Of a DNA stretch of 64,000 bases, positions 13,340-25,170 are shown piece by piece. Position 1 is the first letter of the stretch. The number at the start of each line of letters is the position of its first letter. The DNA is from Mobula hypostoma (lineage: Eukaryota), in assembly GCF_963921235.1 (NCBI RefSeq), contig NC_086118.1, positions 21,330,001-21,394,000 of the forward strand, given 5' to 3'. The notes below the pieces were generated by a model. It had not been told where the DNA came from. It ran no database searches and was given only the letters and a program-made list of their open reading frames with translations. A program made the translations under genes and the position numbers.

Positions 13340-13975
13340 TATAATGTTAATGCTGAGAGTCTCCCTGTCATCCATTGGAGACATTTATCAGGAGCACTGC
13401 ACAGGCAGGGCCTTTAGTATTATTAAGGATCCCAGCCACCCATGCAGCGTCCTCTCTGGCTTTCTACCATCAAGCAGGAGACTACAACGTATAAAAACTA
13501 GAACCGTTAGAGTGAGAAAGTTTCTTCTCCCAGGCTATCAGGCTTCTGAACTCCCTGCCATATTATATTGGAAGTGTCACTGGTTCATCTGTTCCCTACC
13601 TTATAATATTTAATATTAATATTAATATTCTTTACTCAGAGAGTGGTAGCTGTGTGGAACGAGCTTCCAGCAGAAGTGGTTGAGGCAGGTTCGGTGTTGT
13701 CGTTTAAAGTTAAATTGCACAACTATATGGACAGGAAAGGAATGGAGGGTTATGGGCTGAGTGCAGGTCGGTGGGACTAGGTGAGAGTATGAGTTCAGCA
13801 TGGACTAGAAGGACTGAGATGGCCTTTTTCCGTGCTGTAATTGTTATATGGTTATTAATGCACTTAAGTTTGCTATTCATGTGTGATTCATCTGTAGATT
13901 TTATCCTTCATAAGTTATCATTATGTGTGTTACGTGTACTACTGTGCTTTACACCCTGGATCTAAGAAACTTTGT
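13340..13975 (+). mobile_element. Rex1/L2-type LINE 3' fragment with a nested short CR1 3' end (about 13630-13853)
   Basis: SIIKDPSHP..FLPSSRRL peptide. The nested piece is the reverse complement of the family at 62900-63120. Confidence 0.7.
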
Positions 13976-15119
13976 CATTTGTTGCTTCCCCAAGTCATCT
14001 GTTAAAGGTGACTAATCTTTAGCCTGTGGAAATTCATTTAGATACAAATACATTCCAGTGAATAATTATTGCAGGAATGAACTCCCTCTCTTGCTGAAAG
14101 CCTAATTGACCTTCCAGAAGCATTTATCAGCCATGGTCTCTCACGAAAGGGCTAGGTTTGAATCATCAGATCTTAATAATTCTGTCAAGCTGATCTACTG
14201 TATGTCAAACCCACAGACTTTCAAAGGAAACAGCTCCAACTGGTGAAAGGATGACGAACTCTTACTCAAGACCTGAAAAGCAACCAAGTGCTTGCCAAGC
14301 ATTTTCCTGCAGAGGCCATCCTGAGGCAGAGAAGATGTCCTCTTTCCAAAAAGGCCTGATAAATAAAACAAACTGGTTTTGATGTCTGTTGTCAGCCATT
14401 TCCTTCTGCCAGGGCAACATGCATCAGAATAAGATGTTTCTTCTCCTTTCCAAACTTAATCCAAGATGCAACTGCCTCCACGCTGAGGAGAAGTTCATTC
14501 TTGCCAAGTCCCTTGCCAGCAGTAATTGAAATGAACTATCTATGCACCACAAACAATGGATTTATTCCTCTGCACCATGAGAACACTCTTCACTTACTAA
14601 TGACATACTGACAAAGGAATGACTTCGTTAGCATTTTGACTTCTTCACCAGTTATGCCAAGAGACTCATAAAAAGGCTAAGAATGCTTACATCCTCCAAA
14701 ATCAACCTCTGCCAACTAAATTAGTAATTTTCAATATAATTTTTGATACCCTTACCTGTTTTGTAACACGCAACTAAAATACAGTGGCATAGCTATCATT
14801 TCTCTGCTCAACCTGACACGACACGATCAAGTGAGCGGAACACCGTTAAAAAAAGAAATGGGACCATTTGGAATATTCTGGAGAAAGTTCCTGCATTTCC
14901 AATAGGTCAGCGGGAAAGGCAAGACACAAGCTTTACAATGGTGGGAATGGTGGACAGCTTACTGTGAAGAACCTCCCAGGCACAGGCCCAATTCCAGCAA
15001 GCAGTGAATAGTGAATGTTATTATGAGCTTTCTTTCTGATGCTGAGTGAGCAGTGTATTTTATAGAAGTGGACACTTTTGGAGCCACAGGAGTTCCTCTG
15101 CCTGTTACCTATGCTACAA

Positions 15120-15199
15120 CAAGGGTTCCCAACCTGGGGTCTTTAGACCCCTTGCTTAATGGTATTGGTCCATGGTATTACAAAGGTTGGGATCTCCTG
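15120..15199. mobile_element. 80 bp hAT (Charlie-type) MITE
   Basis: TIRs CAAGGGTTCCCAACCT / AGGTTGGGATCTCCTG and a perfect 8 bp TSD TGCTACAA (15112-15119 and 15200-15207). Confidence 0.9.
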
Positions 15200-15629
15200 T
15201 GCTACAACCAGATCTATGAAGTCCTTCACCAAAGTCCATTGCCTACGTGCTAGATGTTTGTGTGGACGGAGACCAACATATTCAACTGCCCAATGATTAC
15301 AGGGCATCTGGTCGCCAATGGGCAGCCCCTGATGGAGCAACAGGCCACACCGTGTTTCCTACTCACCTGCAGTTCTGTAGAGGGCCACCAGTCAGCTGCT
15401 AGGGTGTGTGCCTGAGGTCAGCTTGGTGGGAGTATGAACAAGCTGGCGATCATTTGCCAGCTTACTTCAGCTCTCGCTCTGCTCTTGGTGCCCGAACCAT
15501 AGTTCAGGGCAAGTACTCTTCTGTCTTATATTTGCATGATATTGTCTGGCAGCCACTCACTCAACCACTGTACAACCCACTCTTGGTACTTCCAGGCACC
15601 ATGCAGGCGACCTGACGACATAATAAAAT

Positions 15630-17503
15630 CAACATACATCAAAGTTGCTGGTGAACGCAGCAGGCCAAGCAGCATCTATAGGAAGAGGCGCGGTCGACGT
15701 TTCAGGCCGAGACCCTTCGTCAGGACTAACTGAAGGAAGAGTGAGTAAGGGATTTGAAAGCTGAAGGGGGAGGGGGAGATGCAAAATGATAGGAGAAGAC
15801 AGGAGGGGGAAGGATAGAGCCGAGAGCTGGACAGGTGATAGGCAAAAGGGGATACGAGAGGATCATGGGACAGGAGGTCCGTGAAGAAAGACAAGGGGGG
15901 GGGGTGACCCAGAGGATGGGCAAGAGGTATATTCAGAGGGACAGAGGGAGAAAAAGGAGAGTGAGAGAAAGAATGTGTGCATAAAAATGAGTAACAGATG
16001 GGGTACGAGGGGGAGGTGGGGCCTTAGCGGAAGTTAGAGAAGTCGATGTTCATGCCATCAGGTTGGAGGCTACCCAGACGGAATATAAGGTGTTGTTCCT
16101 CCAACCTGAGTGTGGCTTCATCTTTACAGTAGAGGAGGCCGTGGATAGACATGTCAGAATGGGAATGGGATGTGGAATTAAAATGTGTGGCCACTGGGAG
16201 ATCCTGCTTTCTCTGGCGGACAGAGCGTAGATGTTCAGCAAAGCGGTCTCCCAGTCTGCGTCGGGTCTCACCAATATATAAAAGGCCACATCGGGAGCAC
16301 CGGACGCAGTATATCACCCCAGTCGACTCACAGGTGAAGTGATGCCTCACCTGGAAGGACTGTTTGGGGCCCTGAATGGTGGTAAGGGAGGAAGTGTAAG
16401 GGCATGTGTAGCACTTGTTCCGCTTACACGGATAAGTGCCAGGAGGGAGATCAGTGGGGAGGAATGGGGGGACGAATGGACAAGGGAGTTGTGTAGGGAG
16501 CGATCCCTGCGGAATGTGGGGGGGGGGAGGGAAAGATGTGCTTAGTGGTGAGATCCCGTTGGAGGTGGCGGAAGTTACGGAGAATAATATGTTGGACCCG
16601 GAGGCTGGTGGGGTGGTAGGTGAGGACCAGGGGAACCCTATTCCTAGTGGGGTGGTGGGAGGATGGAGTGAGAGCAGATGTATGTGAAATGGGGGAGATG
16701 CGTTTAAGAGCAGAGTTGATAGTGGAGGAAGGGAAGCCCCTTTCTTTAAAAAATGAAGACATCTCCCTCGTCCTAGAATGAAAAGCCTCATCCTGAGAGC
16801 AGATGCGGCAGAGACGGAGGAATTGCGAGAAGGGGATGGCGTTTTTGCAAGAGACAGGGTGAGAAGAGGAATAGTCCAGATAGCTGTGAGAGTCAGTAGG
16901 CTTATAGTAGACATCAGTGGATAAGCTGTCTCCAGAGACAGAGACAGAAAGATCTAGAAAGGGGAGGGAGGTGGTCGGAAATGGACCAGGTAAACTTGAG
17001 GGCAGGGTGAAAGTTGGAGGCAAAGTTAATAAAGTCAACGAGTTCTGCATGCGTGCAGGAAGCAGCGCCAATGCAGTCGTCGATGTAGCGAAGGAAAAGT
17101 GGGGGACAGATACCAGAATAGGCACGGAACATAGATTGTTCCACAAACCCAACAAAAAGGCAGGCATAGCTAGGACCCATACGGGTGCCCATAGCTACAC
17201 CTTTAGTTTGGAGGAAATGGGAGGAGCAAAAGGAGAAATTATTAAGAGTAAGGACTAATTCCGCTAGACGGAGCAGAGTGGTGGTAGAGGGGAACTGATT
17301 AGGTCTGGAATCCAAAAAGAAGCGTAGAGCTTTGAGACCTTCCTGATGGGGGATGGAAGTATATAAGGACTGGACATCCATGGTGAAAATAAAGCGGTGG
17401 GGGCCAGGGAACTTAAAATCATCGAAAAGTTTAAGAGCGTGAGAAGTGTCACGAACATAGGTCGGAAGGGATTGAACAAGGGGTGATAAAACAGTGTCGA
17501 GGT
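15630..17503 (-). mobile_element. Penelope-like retroelement, 5'-truncated, RT + GIY-YIG endonuclease, frameshifted
   Basis: RT motifs MDVQSLYTSIP, GVAMGTRMGPSYA and RYIDD. GIY-YIG region VIYCVRCSRCGLLYIGET..RFAEH. Candidate TSD ATAATAAAAT at 15620-15629 and 17504-17513. Confidence 0.95.
15693..15726 (-). ncRNA. Minimal type I hammerhead ribozyme motif in the Penelope 3' pseudo-LTR
   Basis: Minus strand reads GUC-CUGACGA-AGG(GUCUCGG)CCU-GAAAC-GUC^GAC: complete core, helix I GUC/GAC, and a loopless palindromic helix III (ACGU). Confidence 0.75.
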
Positions 17504-17719
17504 ATAATAAAATATAATAATAAAATGCCTGGTCTAAGCAGTGAATAGTAGTTAATGTCATTGTGCTTCAATTGCTTCTACTCTTTCATGCAAAAGGCAC
17601 ATCTGTTTTGTGGTTCACAGAGGGCAGACAACGAACCACCAATAATGAAAGGGCCTGGCACATTCAGATAGAGCTTTTGGCCTTAGTTTCCAACCCTACT
17701 GGGCCCAAATTTCAAAGTA

Positions 17720-19273
17720 CAGGTTTCCCCCGCCATCCGAAGGTAAAGCATTCCTATGAAACAGTTCATAAGCCGAAATGTCGTAAAGCGAAGAAGCAAT
17801 TACCATTTATTTATATGGGAAAATTTTGTGAGTGTTCGCAGACCCAAAAATAACCTACCAAATCATGCCAAATAACGCATAAAACCTAAAATAACAGTAA
17901 CATATAGTAAAAGCAGGAATGATATGATAAATACACAGCCTATATAAAGTAGAAATACTTTTCCACAATCATTACTGATCTGTTCTCTGTAGCGAAAATC
18001 TCACGCAAGCACCGTTGGCAGAAAATCTCACGCAAGTGCTGTTGGCAAAAACACGGCGCAAGGCTCCAGTAACCTTTAAGCTATGAAGCTGCCAAATCAT
18101 ACCAAATAACACGTAAAAATACACAGCCGATATAAAGTAGAAATAATGTATGTACAGTGTAGTGTCACTTACCGGAATCGGGAAGACAGCGCCGAGCACA
18201 CTGATGATGGTGTGTTAGACTGAGTCGTCGCAGGTTGGGTGGTGCAGTGGCCCCCACCCTCCAGACCACTGAGCGATACATTGCCGTGAAGCATGCACGG
18301 GTGCAGCGGTAGCTGGGAGGCATCCAGCACATCTTTAAGAAAAAAGCCGAAACAAACATGCTAATTAATTAGGTGCCAATTACGTGCCCAGATCAGTGCC
18401 GATTTCCGATTGTGTCATCTCTGATCTCGGCTGACAATTACGTGTCGGGCGGCACCTAATTAATTAGCATGTTTATTTCTGCTTTTTTCTTAAAGATGTG
18501 CTGTGTGCCTCCCGGCTACCGTTGCATTCTCCATGAATCGGTATCTGTCCGTGGCCTGGGGGTTGTAGTGGTGGGACACTGGGGTGTCATCTCGTCGTCT
18601 GTTTCCATTAGAGCAGGCAGCTCATCTTCTCCTATGACTGCTCGCCTGGATGTCGAAGGTCGAGGTTCGTCATCTGCTGTGGCTGATGTGGAAGGCTTGC
18701 TTGACGGCTGAGCCTCGTGCATTTTTGTATCACACAGTTCTTTGTAAGGAGTCAAACCATCCTGAAAATATCCCCTAAATTGACGTACCCTTTCAAAATT
18801 GAAGTCGTAGTTTATCATTACTCATTCGGTTTCAACTGTTATCCTTTTTTCTTCCAATTGCATCAGCTCTTCATCTGTCAGATCTTGGTCATGAGATGCC
18901 AAAACCTCTTCAACATCATGTTCGTCAGTTTCCACAAGCCAAACTCACTTTGTCCTTACTTCGTTCACCACGATCAAAACGCTTAATTATGTCTAGTTTT
19001 ACGCTAAGTGTAACACCCTTACGAGCTCTTTTAGGCTTTTCCGATACCATAGAACTCATCTTGCTAACGGCTGCTCACAGGCACGTGTTAAAGCAATGCA
19101 GTTCCGAATCTGGGGGAGAGCAGCTGCTCGGGGTGCGCACTGCCTTTTATCGCGCGCTGCTTTTTTTCGTAACAGTGAAAACACCTTCTGAAAGTGAAAA
19201 CAGGGTACTAATGTAGGTCTTTCGTAACAGTGAGGTTTCGTAAAGCAAACGTTCGAAAAGCGGGGGGCACATG
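17720..19273 (-). mobile_element. Tigger/pogo DNA transposon, internally deleted (non-autonomous)
   Basis: Imperfect TIRs CAGGTTTCCCCCGC / reverse complement CATGTGCCCCCCGC, flanked by TA. N-terminal HTH MSSMVSEKPKRARKGVTLSVKLDIIKRFDRGE (ATG at 19059) is joined directly to C-terminal DVEEVLASHDQDLTDEELMQLEE and DFNFER..YKEL segments. Confidence 0.9.
18302..18526. repeat. Long inverted repeat (76 bp arms 18302-18377 and 18451-18526)
   Basis: tgcagcggtagctgggagg...ctaattaattaggtgcc versus ggcacctaattaattag...cctcccggctaccgttgca. Confidence 0.9.
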
Positions 19274-19275
19274 TA

Positions 19276-19790
19276 CATTTATTCTCAAAGGATGTATACA
19301 TTATACAACCTTGAGATTTGTCTCCTTAAAGGTAGTCGCAAAACAAAGAAACCCAAAAGAATACATTTAAAAAAAGACTGTCAAACACTTAATGTATAGA
19401 GAAGAAAAAACAAATTGTGCAGACAGTAACAGTAAGCAAATAGCATTTAGAACTGGAGTTTTACCAAAGTGAGTCCACAGACACGAAGCCAGGCATCACT
19501 GCAGCTGGAGTAGGCTGCAGTTTCAGTTCAGTGCAGAGCAGACACGAAGCCATGCATCACCGAAACAGGAGCAGGCCACAGCGTAAAGCAGAGCCGAGAA
19601 AACATCGAGGAGCAGCGAGCAGAACCAGCCTTGTCATTCACCTCCAGTCCTGAACCCTGACCTCTTCAATCTGGCCTGGTGCATAAATCGATCAAACCTC
19701 GGGTCTTTCCTCACTCTTGAGGACAGGCCAGGCTCAGCCTCAACTCTACTTCGCACCTGCTCACCTTGACTCTGCCTTGCCACTGTTTGC
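19276..19790 (-). mobile_element. Non-LTR element 3' portion whose tail was split by the Tigger insertion
   Basis: The reconstructed empty site ttcaaagTAcatttatt.tcaaag matches the reverse complement of the (actttga)n LINE tails seen elsewhere in the window. Confidence 0.55.
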
Positions 19791-21210
19791 GATAATCGTT
19801 TGCCAGAAAAAGTGTTCTCATAAAGTATTTAGTTCTTTCCTTTGTTTTGTTTACTGCTGACAAGTGGGTGCTGGGCTTTACCAGCACCATCTTAAACTGG
19901 AATTGAAGTAGAAGAAATGCCAAACACTACAGCCTGAAGGTAATAATAGACAACTGCAGCACTAATCAGAGAAACTAACTTCTTTGAATTCTCAAAATTT
20001 TGCCAGATATCCTAATCAATAGATAAGTTAGACGACAGAGTGGAGTTAATAACAGAGACCCTTTGTATCCATCATCGCCAAAATCACTTTATACATATCA
20101 TTGACGAGGTGAGGGGTCACGGATGCATAAGGTTGCTAGTTTGATGTGATACTAAATATGATTGCTTTAATATTGCTCCTGCAACTTCTCTACACCCTGC
20201 TAAAAAGGGAGGAAAAAAGGTGAGAGAAAGAGGGCAGGCAATTAAAATGGTGAAGCAAGCTGCAGACACATCTCAAGACATAGATCACCAAGGTAACTGG
20301 TCACCTGACAAAATATATGCCATTGCCAATGGGCTAAAACAGGTTGTTGCATATTTATTCAACAATTTATGGGAAGTGAATATGGTTGCATAACATGGAG
20401 TTTTGATGGGATAATGCTATCTAGGCTCTGATATTTAAAATGAATGCAGGAGTTCAATTTCTTTGAAGTTTTCCTTTACAATGCCTATTAACTATTGGTA
20501 GAGAAAGGAGACCAAGAATGACATAAAATAGATGAGCTGCTCTGTGGGGTTTCTGGTTCCCTCAGTCCTGGTTTGGAATAGCTCCATTCTCACATGATTA
20601 TTAAAAACCAGATTATCTGAGAGGAGATTAACTCGTGCAGAGGAATGAAACACCTATCATAAAGCTCTCTGGTCATAAACTGAATTTGACACATCACACT
20701 GCATCATAACTAAGAACTAGTTCAAAATCCAGTCCAGTTTAGACTCAAATTAATTTGTAGATTCGAGCACAGAAAAAGAATATCTTCAGTAAAATATTCT
20801 TATCTCTACACATAAGTGTAGCATGTTTGACTGGATTCTTCTTCTAATTTACCAGACTTGGAGCCAACTGAATTATATTCTGCACACAAATCTACCTTCA
20901 TACTAATATGCTAAATCACCAAATTGATAAGTAGAATTATGATTGACAACATCTTGTGTGAGGACAAAAGCTTCCTTAATTCAAGATGATGGCATCAGGT
21001 TAGACAAGTACAAATCCAAATTTGGCACCCAAGAAATGTGGTTTAGTCACATTACTTCTGTTATGCTTCAAAAACAGCTCCAGGAAACTAGAATAATAAG
21101 AAAAAGGAGAACAGCTTCATCTTGGTTCCCATTAGTATATGGAGTTGTAACAGTTTCTTACAGACCTCTTGCATAATATAACTAAAGTAACAGAATAGTG
21201 TCCATCCTAC

Positions 21211-21306
21211 CTGAGTAACCAGTTGCTCCTGAGTCAGGCTATTAATCCAACGTGTGTATCGTTCAGTTGAACCCTCTGGTTCCCTCTTAACTTGACAGCC
21301 GAGTAT
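21211..21306 (-). CDS. B3GNTL1: B3GNTL1/QTGAL internal coding exon (96 nt, phase 0 to 0): [32 protein letters not shown]
   Basis: Acceptor tttttctaccctag and donor CAG|gtagga. Matches recalled human [32 protein letters not shown]. Not listed in the ORF track. Confidence 0.96.
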
Positions 21307-21660
21307 CTAGGGTAGAAAAATACAATATACCCAGGGTATTTTTATTAAAAACAAACAAAACCAACAAGAGGTAAAATAACGAAAATATACTGAGGGAACC
21401 TGAAATTTAATCTTTGCCACTGAAGAGAACAGAATCGGTTTTCTTATATTGTCTGTCCTGTATGGATGGGTAGACATTTCTTCCATTAAACACTAGGAAG
21501 ACCAAAGGTTCAGTCACAACCTCAGTCTTGAGTTCCAGTGCATCAGCTCTATCCCAATTCCAGGTCCTACATTTAACCGGGCCAGTCACAGCTGTGGTGC
21601 CCCACCTGACCTTGAGATGAGCTGACCAGAGATCTGCCCCACGACCAGTATTGTGTTTTT

Positions 21661-21934
21661 TTTTAGTTTAGTTGATTAATTCTGTTTAGATTAGTTTTTT
21701 TGGGAGTGTTTATAATGTTTTTTCCTTTTTCATGGTTTTGTTTAGATATTTTTCTTTGTATACATTGTTCATTTGTATCCTATATGATTGGGAGTTTCAT
21801 CATTTATGTGTTAACTGGCTTTATAATCACTTATGTTAATTATAACAATGTATTCCCAATAACTTTGTATCATTACCATGTTATGTTTATTTTTATGAAA
21901 CTAATAAAAAGATTGAAAAAGAAAGAAAGAAGAA
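21661..21934 (+). mobile_element. 5'-truncated L1-like 3' UTR insertion
   Basis: T-rich body, AATAAA and an A-rich (GAAA)n tail. Perfect 14 bp TSD AGTATTGTGTTTTT (21647-21660 and 21935-21948). Confidence 0.8.
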
Positions 21935-22759
21935 AGTATTGTGTTTTTCCATTTCCTGAAAGTGGAACATGGGCTCCTGAAAGCGCTCAACCCTGCCTTT
22001 GTTAGACTTGCCAATTACAATGTTGCTCTGACAAGCGGAACATCATCCACTCCCCTACCCTCCCCATCCCACATTTATATACCCAAGTCTCTGTCGCCTA
22101 TATTCCAGCTTAATCTCAAACCAGCACTCCCATGAGAACAATCGTAGACTGACAATGCATTAAATTTAAAGTTTGTTTTCTTGATTGTTAACCTCTCCAT
22201 GTCCGGTCCCTTCACACCACCATTATCTCTAACAGGATAAAGCACCCAGATTGTCTGTATCTCTGAAATTTGTATTGTTAGTAAATCCCCAATTTTAATT
22301 GTTCTTTTGGTAACGCTTCGTTTTCAGTCATCTGGATTCAGGAACATATTCTCCAGCTCCAATTCACACCCTTCTTTGCAGAAACTGTGGTTAAGATACT
22401 TGCTGGATCGTTGACACGACACTCGACAGAAGAGCAGGTATTTTCGAATCGGGTAATCCAGTGTGCATAGACTGTACCACATACCTCCCAAAAATATACA
22501 CAGCTGAAACTGACATGCTGTATACAGACCGAAAAGTAATCAGTGCAAAAGTAGTTAGAAACCAATTTTATCAAATGAAGTGAACCATTTCGATCCCATT
22601 TTTAAGAGTTGTTTTTACTTGGCCTCGTGATTGATCTTATTACTAAAATACAGACTCTGAACAGAAATAAAATCTGTAACAAGGTGGAATCATTCAGCTT
22701 CTGATTTTTTACGTCAGAAGTGAACACTTAAGAGTTCAGAATATATTCAATAATATGAA

Positions 22760-23110
22760 GCCAAAAACAAACTGCAGAAGGAACTCAACAGGTCAAACAT
22801 CATCAATCAGAGGAGAGAAACTGCATCAAGCTTAGAGTGGAGAGGAAGTATAGATTATATAAAGAGGAGAAGGGGAGGGTGACATCGTGGTGGTAGAGTC
22901 TAGGTGGACCAAGGAGGGGTCTCATATATCCATATCCCTCTTTACACTGGCCATCTTCCCTCACCACTTTCATTCCTGATGCAGATCTCAACCTGGAATG
23001 TTGACAATTCCTTCCCCCTCCAAAACCCAGATACTGCTTGCCCAGAAAAGTCCCTCCAGTAGACTGGTTTATTTTTGCTCTGACCTCTAGCATCTGCAAC
23101 CTCTTATGTC
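22760..23110. mobile_element. Old Penelope-terminus fragments in inverted arrangement
   Basis: ggaactcaacaggtca..catc on one side. cctgatgcag..cctggaatgttgac..gatactgcttg..agcatctgca on the other. Confidence 0.5.
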
Positions 23111-24667
23111 TTCAATAATATGATCTTTACAGTTAATTGGACAGTGTTCAATATGGCACAAAAGGCCCTTTAGGAGACCAGAGAGTCAAAACAGGATCCT
23201 ACCAAATTCAAAAATAAAACTGACAAAAATACTGTATGATCAGGAAGAAAGGTTCAACGTTAATAATAATGGATCTTTCTGATGAGGACAAAACTGCTTT
23301 TAATAAGTGGATCCAGATTAAAGTGTATCAATGGTATGACAGTGTCATATTCTATACTTGATTTGGTGAGACTGTGCAAAAAAATCAATATTTTGCTTTA
23401 TCAGAAGCCCTGGTAAGTTCAATAAGAAAATAAGGTAATTTTATGAAGTGGTTGCAGTTAGCTTTTACTTGCATCTTGACTTAATTATAAATGACATATT
23501 TTTCTTCAGAATAATAAATATTTTGGGGAAATTTCAACATCTTTTCTTGGTATGGGGTTAGAAGGACTGCTGAAGATATTCTTAACCTCTTTTGTATAAT
23601 ATCCTCTTTGTTAAAGGACGACTTCCAATGCAACAAACATTTTTTTAAGGCAAATTCTTCAGACAGGTCTTCGTTAACAATGTCTAAAGAAACTAGCACT
23701 GGAATTCAAAACTATAACATCAAAACTGTGCATCAGCAATTACTGGCCACTTCCCAGCAAATATTTAAGGTTGTGAGGTTAATGCACCAAGACTGATGCT
23801 AAAATGTTTTGTGAATGCCACCACTTGGAATTCTATCCTGTTGCCACAGCAGGCTGACTAAAGTGTCATTTGACCTGGTGATCATGTCACTACTCTGCTC
23901 CTAGCTTATATGGTTATTTGCTGTTAGTCATTGTTCCATTACCGTCTTCCTTTTTCTGCAGTTCCACGGTTAAGACATTGTGTTATAATGGTACAAATCA
24001 CGCTGAAATACACATTATTCACTGCTAGAGACACATACTATGTGTTGCTGAGGGTCCTCATTAATACACCGTGTTTGACAATTTTTAAAAAAAAATTCTG
24101 TCAATCATTACAGTTTTTTTAGTTTAACCTGTGCAGCCATTAAAGTGTAGCAAAAAAAAACACCTACCACTACCAAATACACTACTCATCTGACCCAACG
24201 AAAGCCAGTATAGACAGTGCTCTGATTAAATGGCAGCTTTGGAGGACCACATTAAGAACATATCACCCACATACTGGGAAAACAAACCTTCACTGCGAAG
24301 ACAATTTTAGTGATGTGGTAACAGATGGCAGGGTGAGATGTAGCACATTCTCAAATGAACCCTGAAGGAAACAACTAGAAACCTATCTTGGAAAAGCTAT
24401 GCAGAAGGTATTAAACCATAACTGCTGACAACACCACACCAGCAGAGCAAGTGCACGGATGCAATCTAAATAGATAAAATGCTAGACTTGAACATCAGAA
24501 AGGACTCCAGTTTTCAGAAAGTTATTGAAGCTGAATCCTCTGAACACTCCCTCTATGGCAAGTACCTCCCTTCTTAGGTAAAAAAACTAAAATTCCTGGT
24601 GGAAGATTTCACTAAGAACCTTTGCAATAAGATTTCCTTACTCTTCTATTCAAACCCACATCTTAAA

Positions 24668-25170
24668 CATTAAGACCATAAGACATAGTGGCAGAATTAG
24701 GCCACTCAGTCTATTCAGACTGCTCCATGTTTGATCACAGCGGATTTATTTTTCCAATTTAACCCCATTCTCCTGCCTTCTCCCCATCACCTTTGACACC
24801 CTTACTAATCAAGAACCTATCAACCTCCACTTTAAATATATGACTTGGTCTACACAGCCGTTTGTGGCAACGAATTCCGTAGATTGGCCACCCTACTCCG
24901 AAAGAAATTCCACATCTATGAGGGACACCTTTGTGCCTTCACTGGAAACATCCTGTCCAAGTTCACTCTTTTTAAGCCCAATGAGAATCTCTTACCCCCC
25001 CCCCCCCACAAAAATTCCAGCAAGTACAGGTCCAGAGCCATCAAACGGTTCTCATACATTAATCATTTCATCCACAGGATCATTATCATAAACCTCTGGA
25101 TCTTCTCCAACACCAGCACAAACTTCATTCATATGGGGCCCAAAGCTGCTCACAATCTTCCGAATGTAGT
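24668..25170 (-). mobile_element. CR1 3' fragment
   Basis: taagaccataagacatag tail, ggccactcag.., and similarity to 55140-55690. Confidence 0.75.

Noticed and set aside
14755..14811. Short minus-strand exon-like segment (LSREMIAMPLYFSCVLQN)
   Set aside because: Weak acceptor, a stop in the phase needed to follow the 96-nt exon, and no B3GNTL1 similarity.
15367..15611. Minus-strand pseudo-exon with a strong donor (cag|gtgagt)
   Set aside because: Stops in all three frames and no match to the expected next B3GNTL1 exon.
17995..18065. Short repeated units suggestive of a CRISPR-like array
   Set aside because: Contiguous tandem repeats without spacers inside a eukaryotic Tigger element. No cas genes.
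1..21210. Expected next B3GNTL1 exon (VFTS.GPTVIMPTWFCSR...)
   Set aside because: Searched by eye for W-F-C codons on the minus strand. The only hit (about 19615-19627) is inside a repeat and the context does not match. The exon is probably beyond the window.
23481..23683. Minus-strand acceptor (tttctttag) followed by a ~66-codon frame (DIVNEDLSEEF...YVIYN*), resembling an alternative last exon
   Set aside because: The open frame needs phase 1 but the host intron is phase 0, which gives a stop after 12 codons. No recognisable homology.
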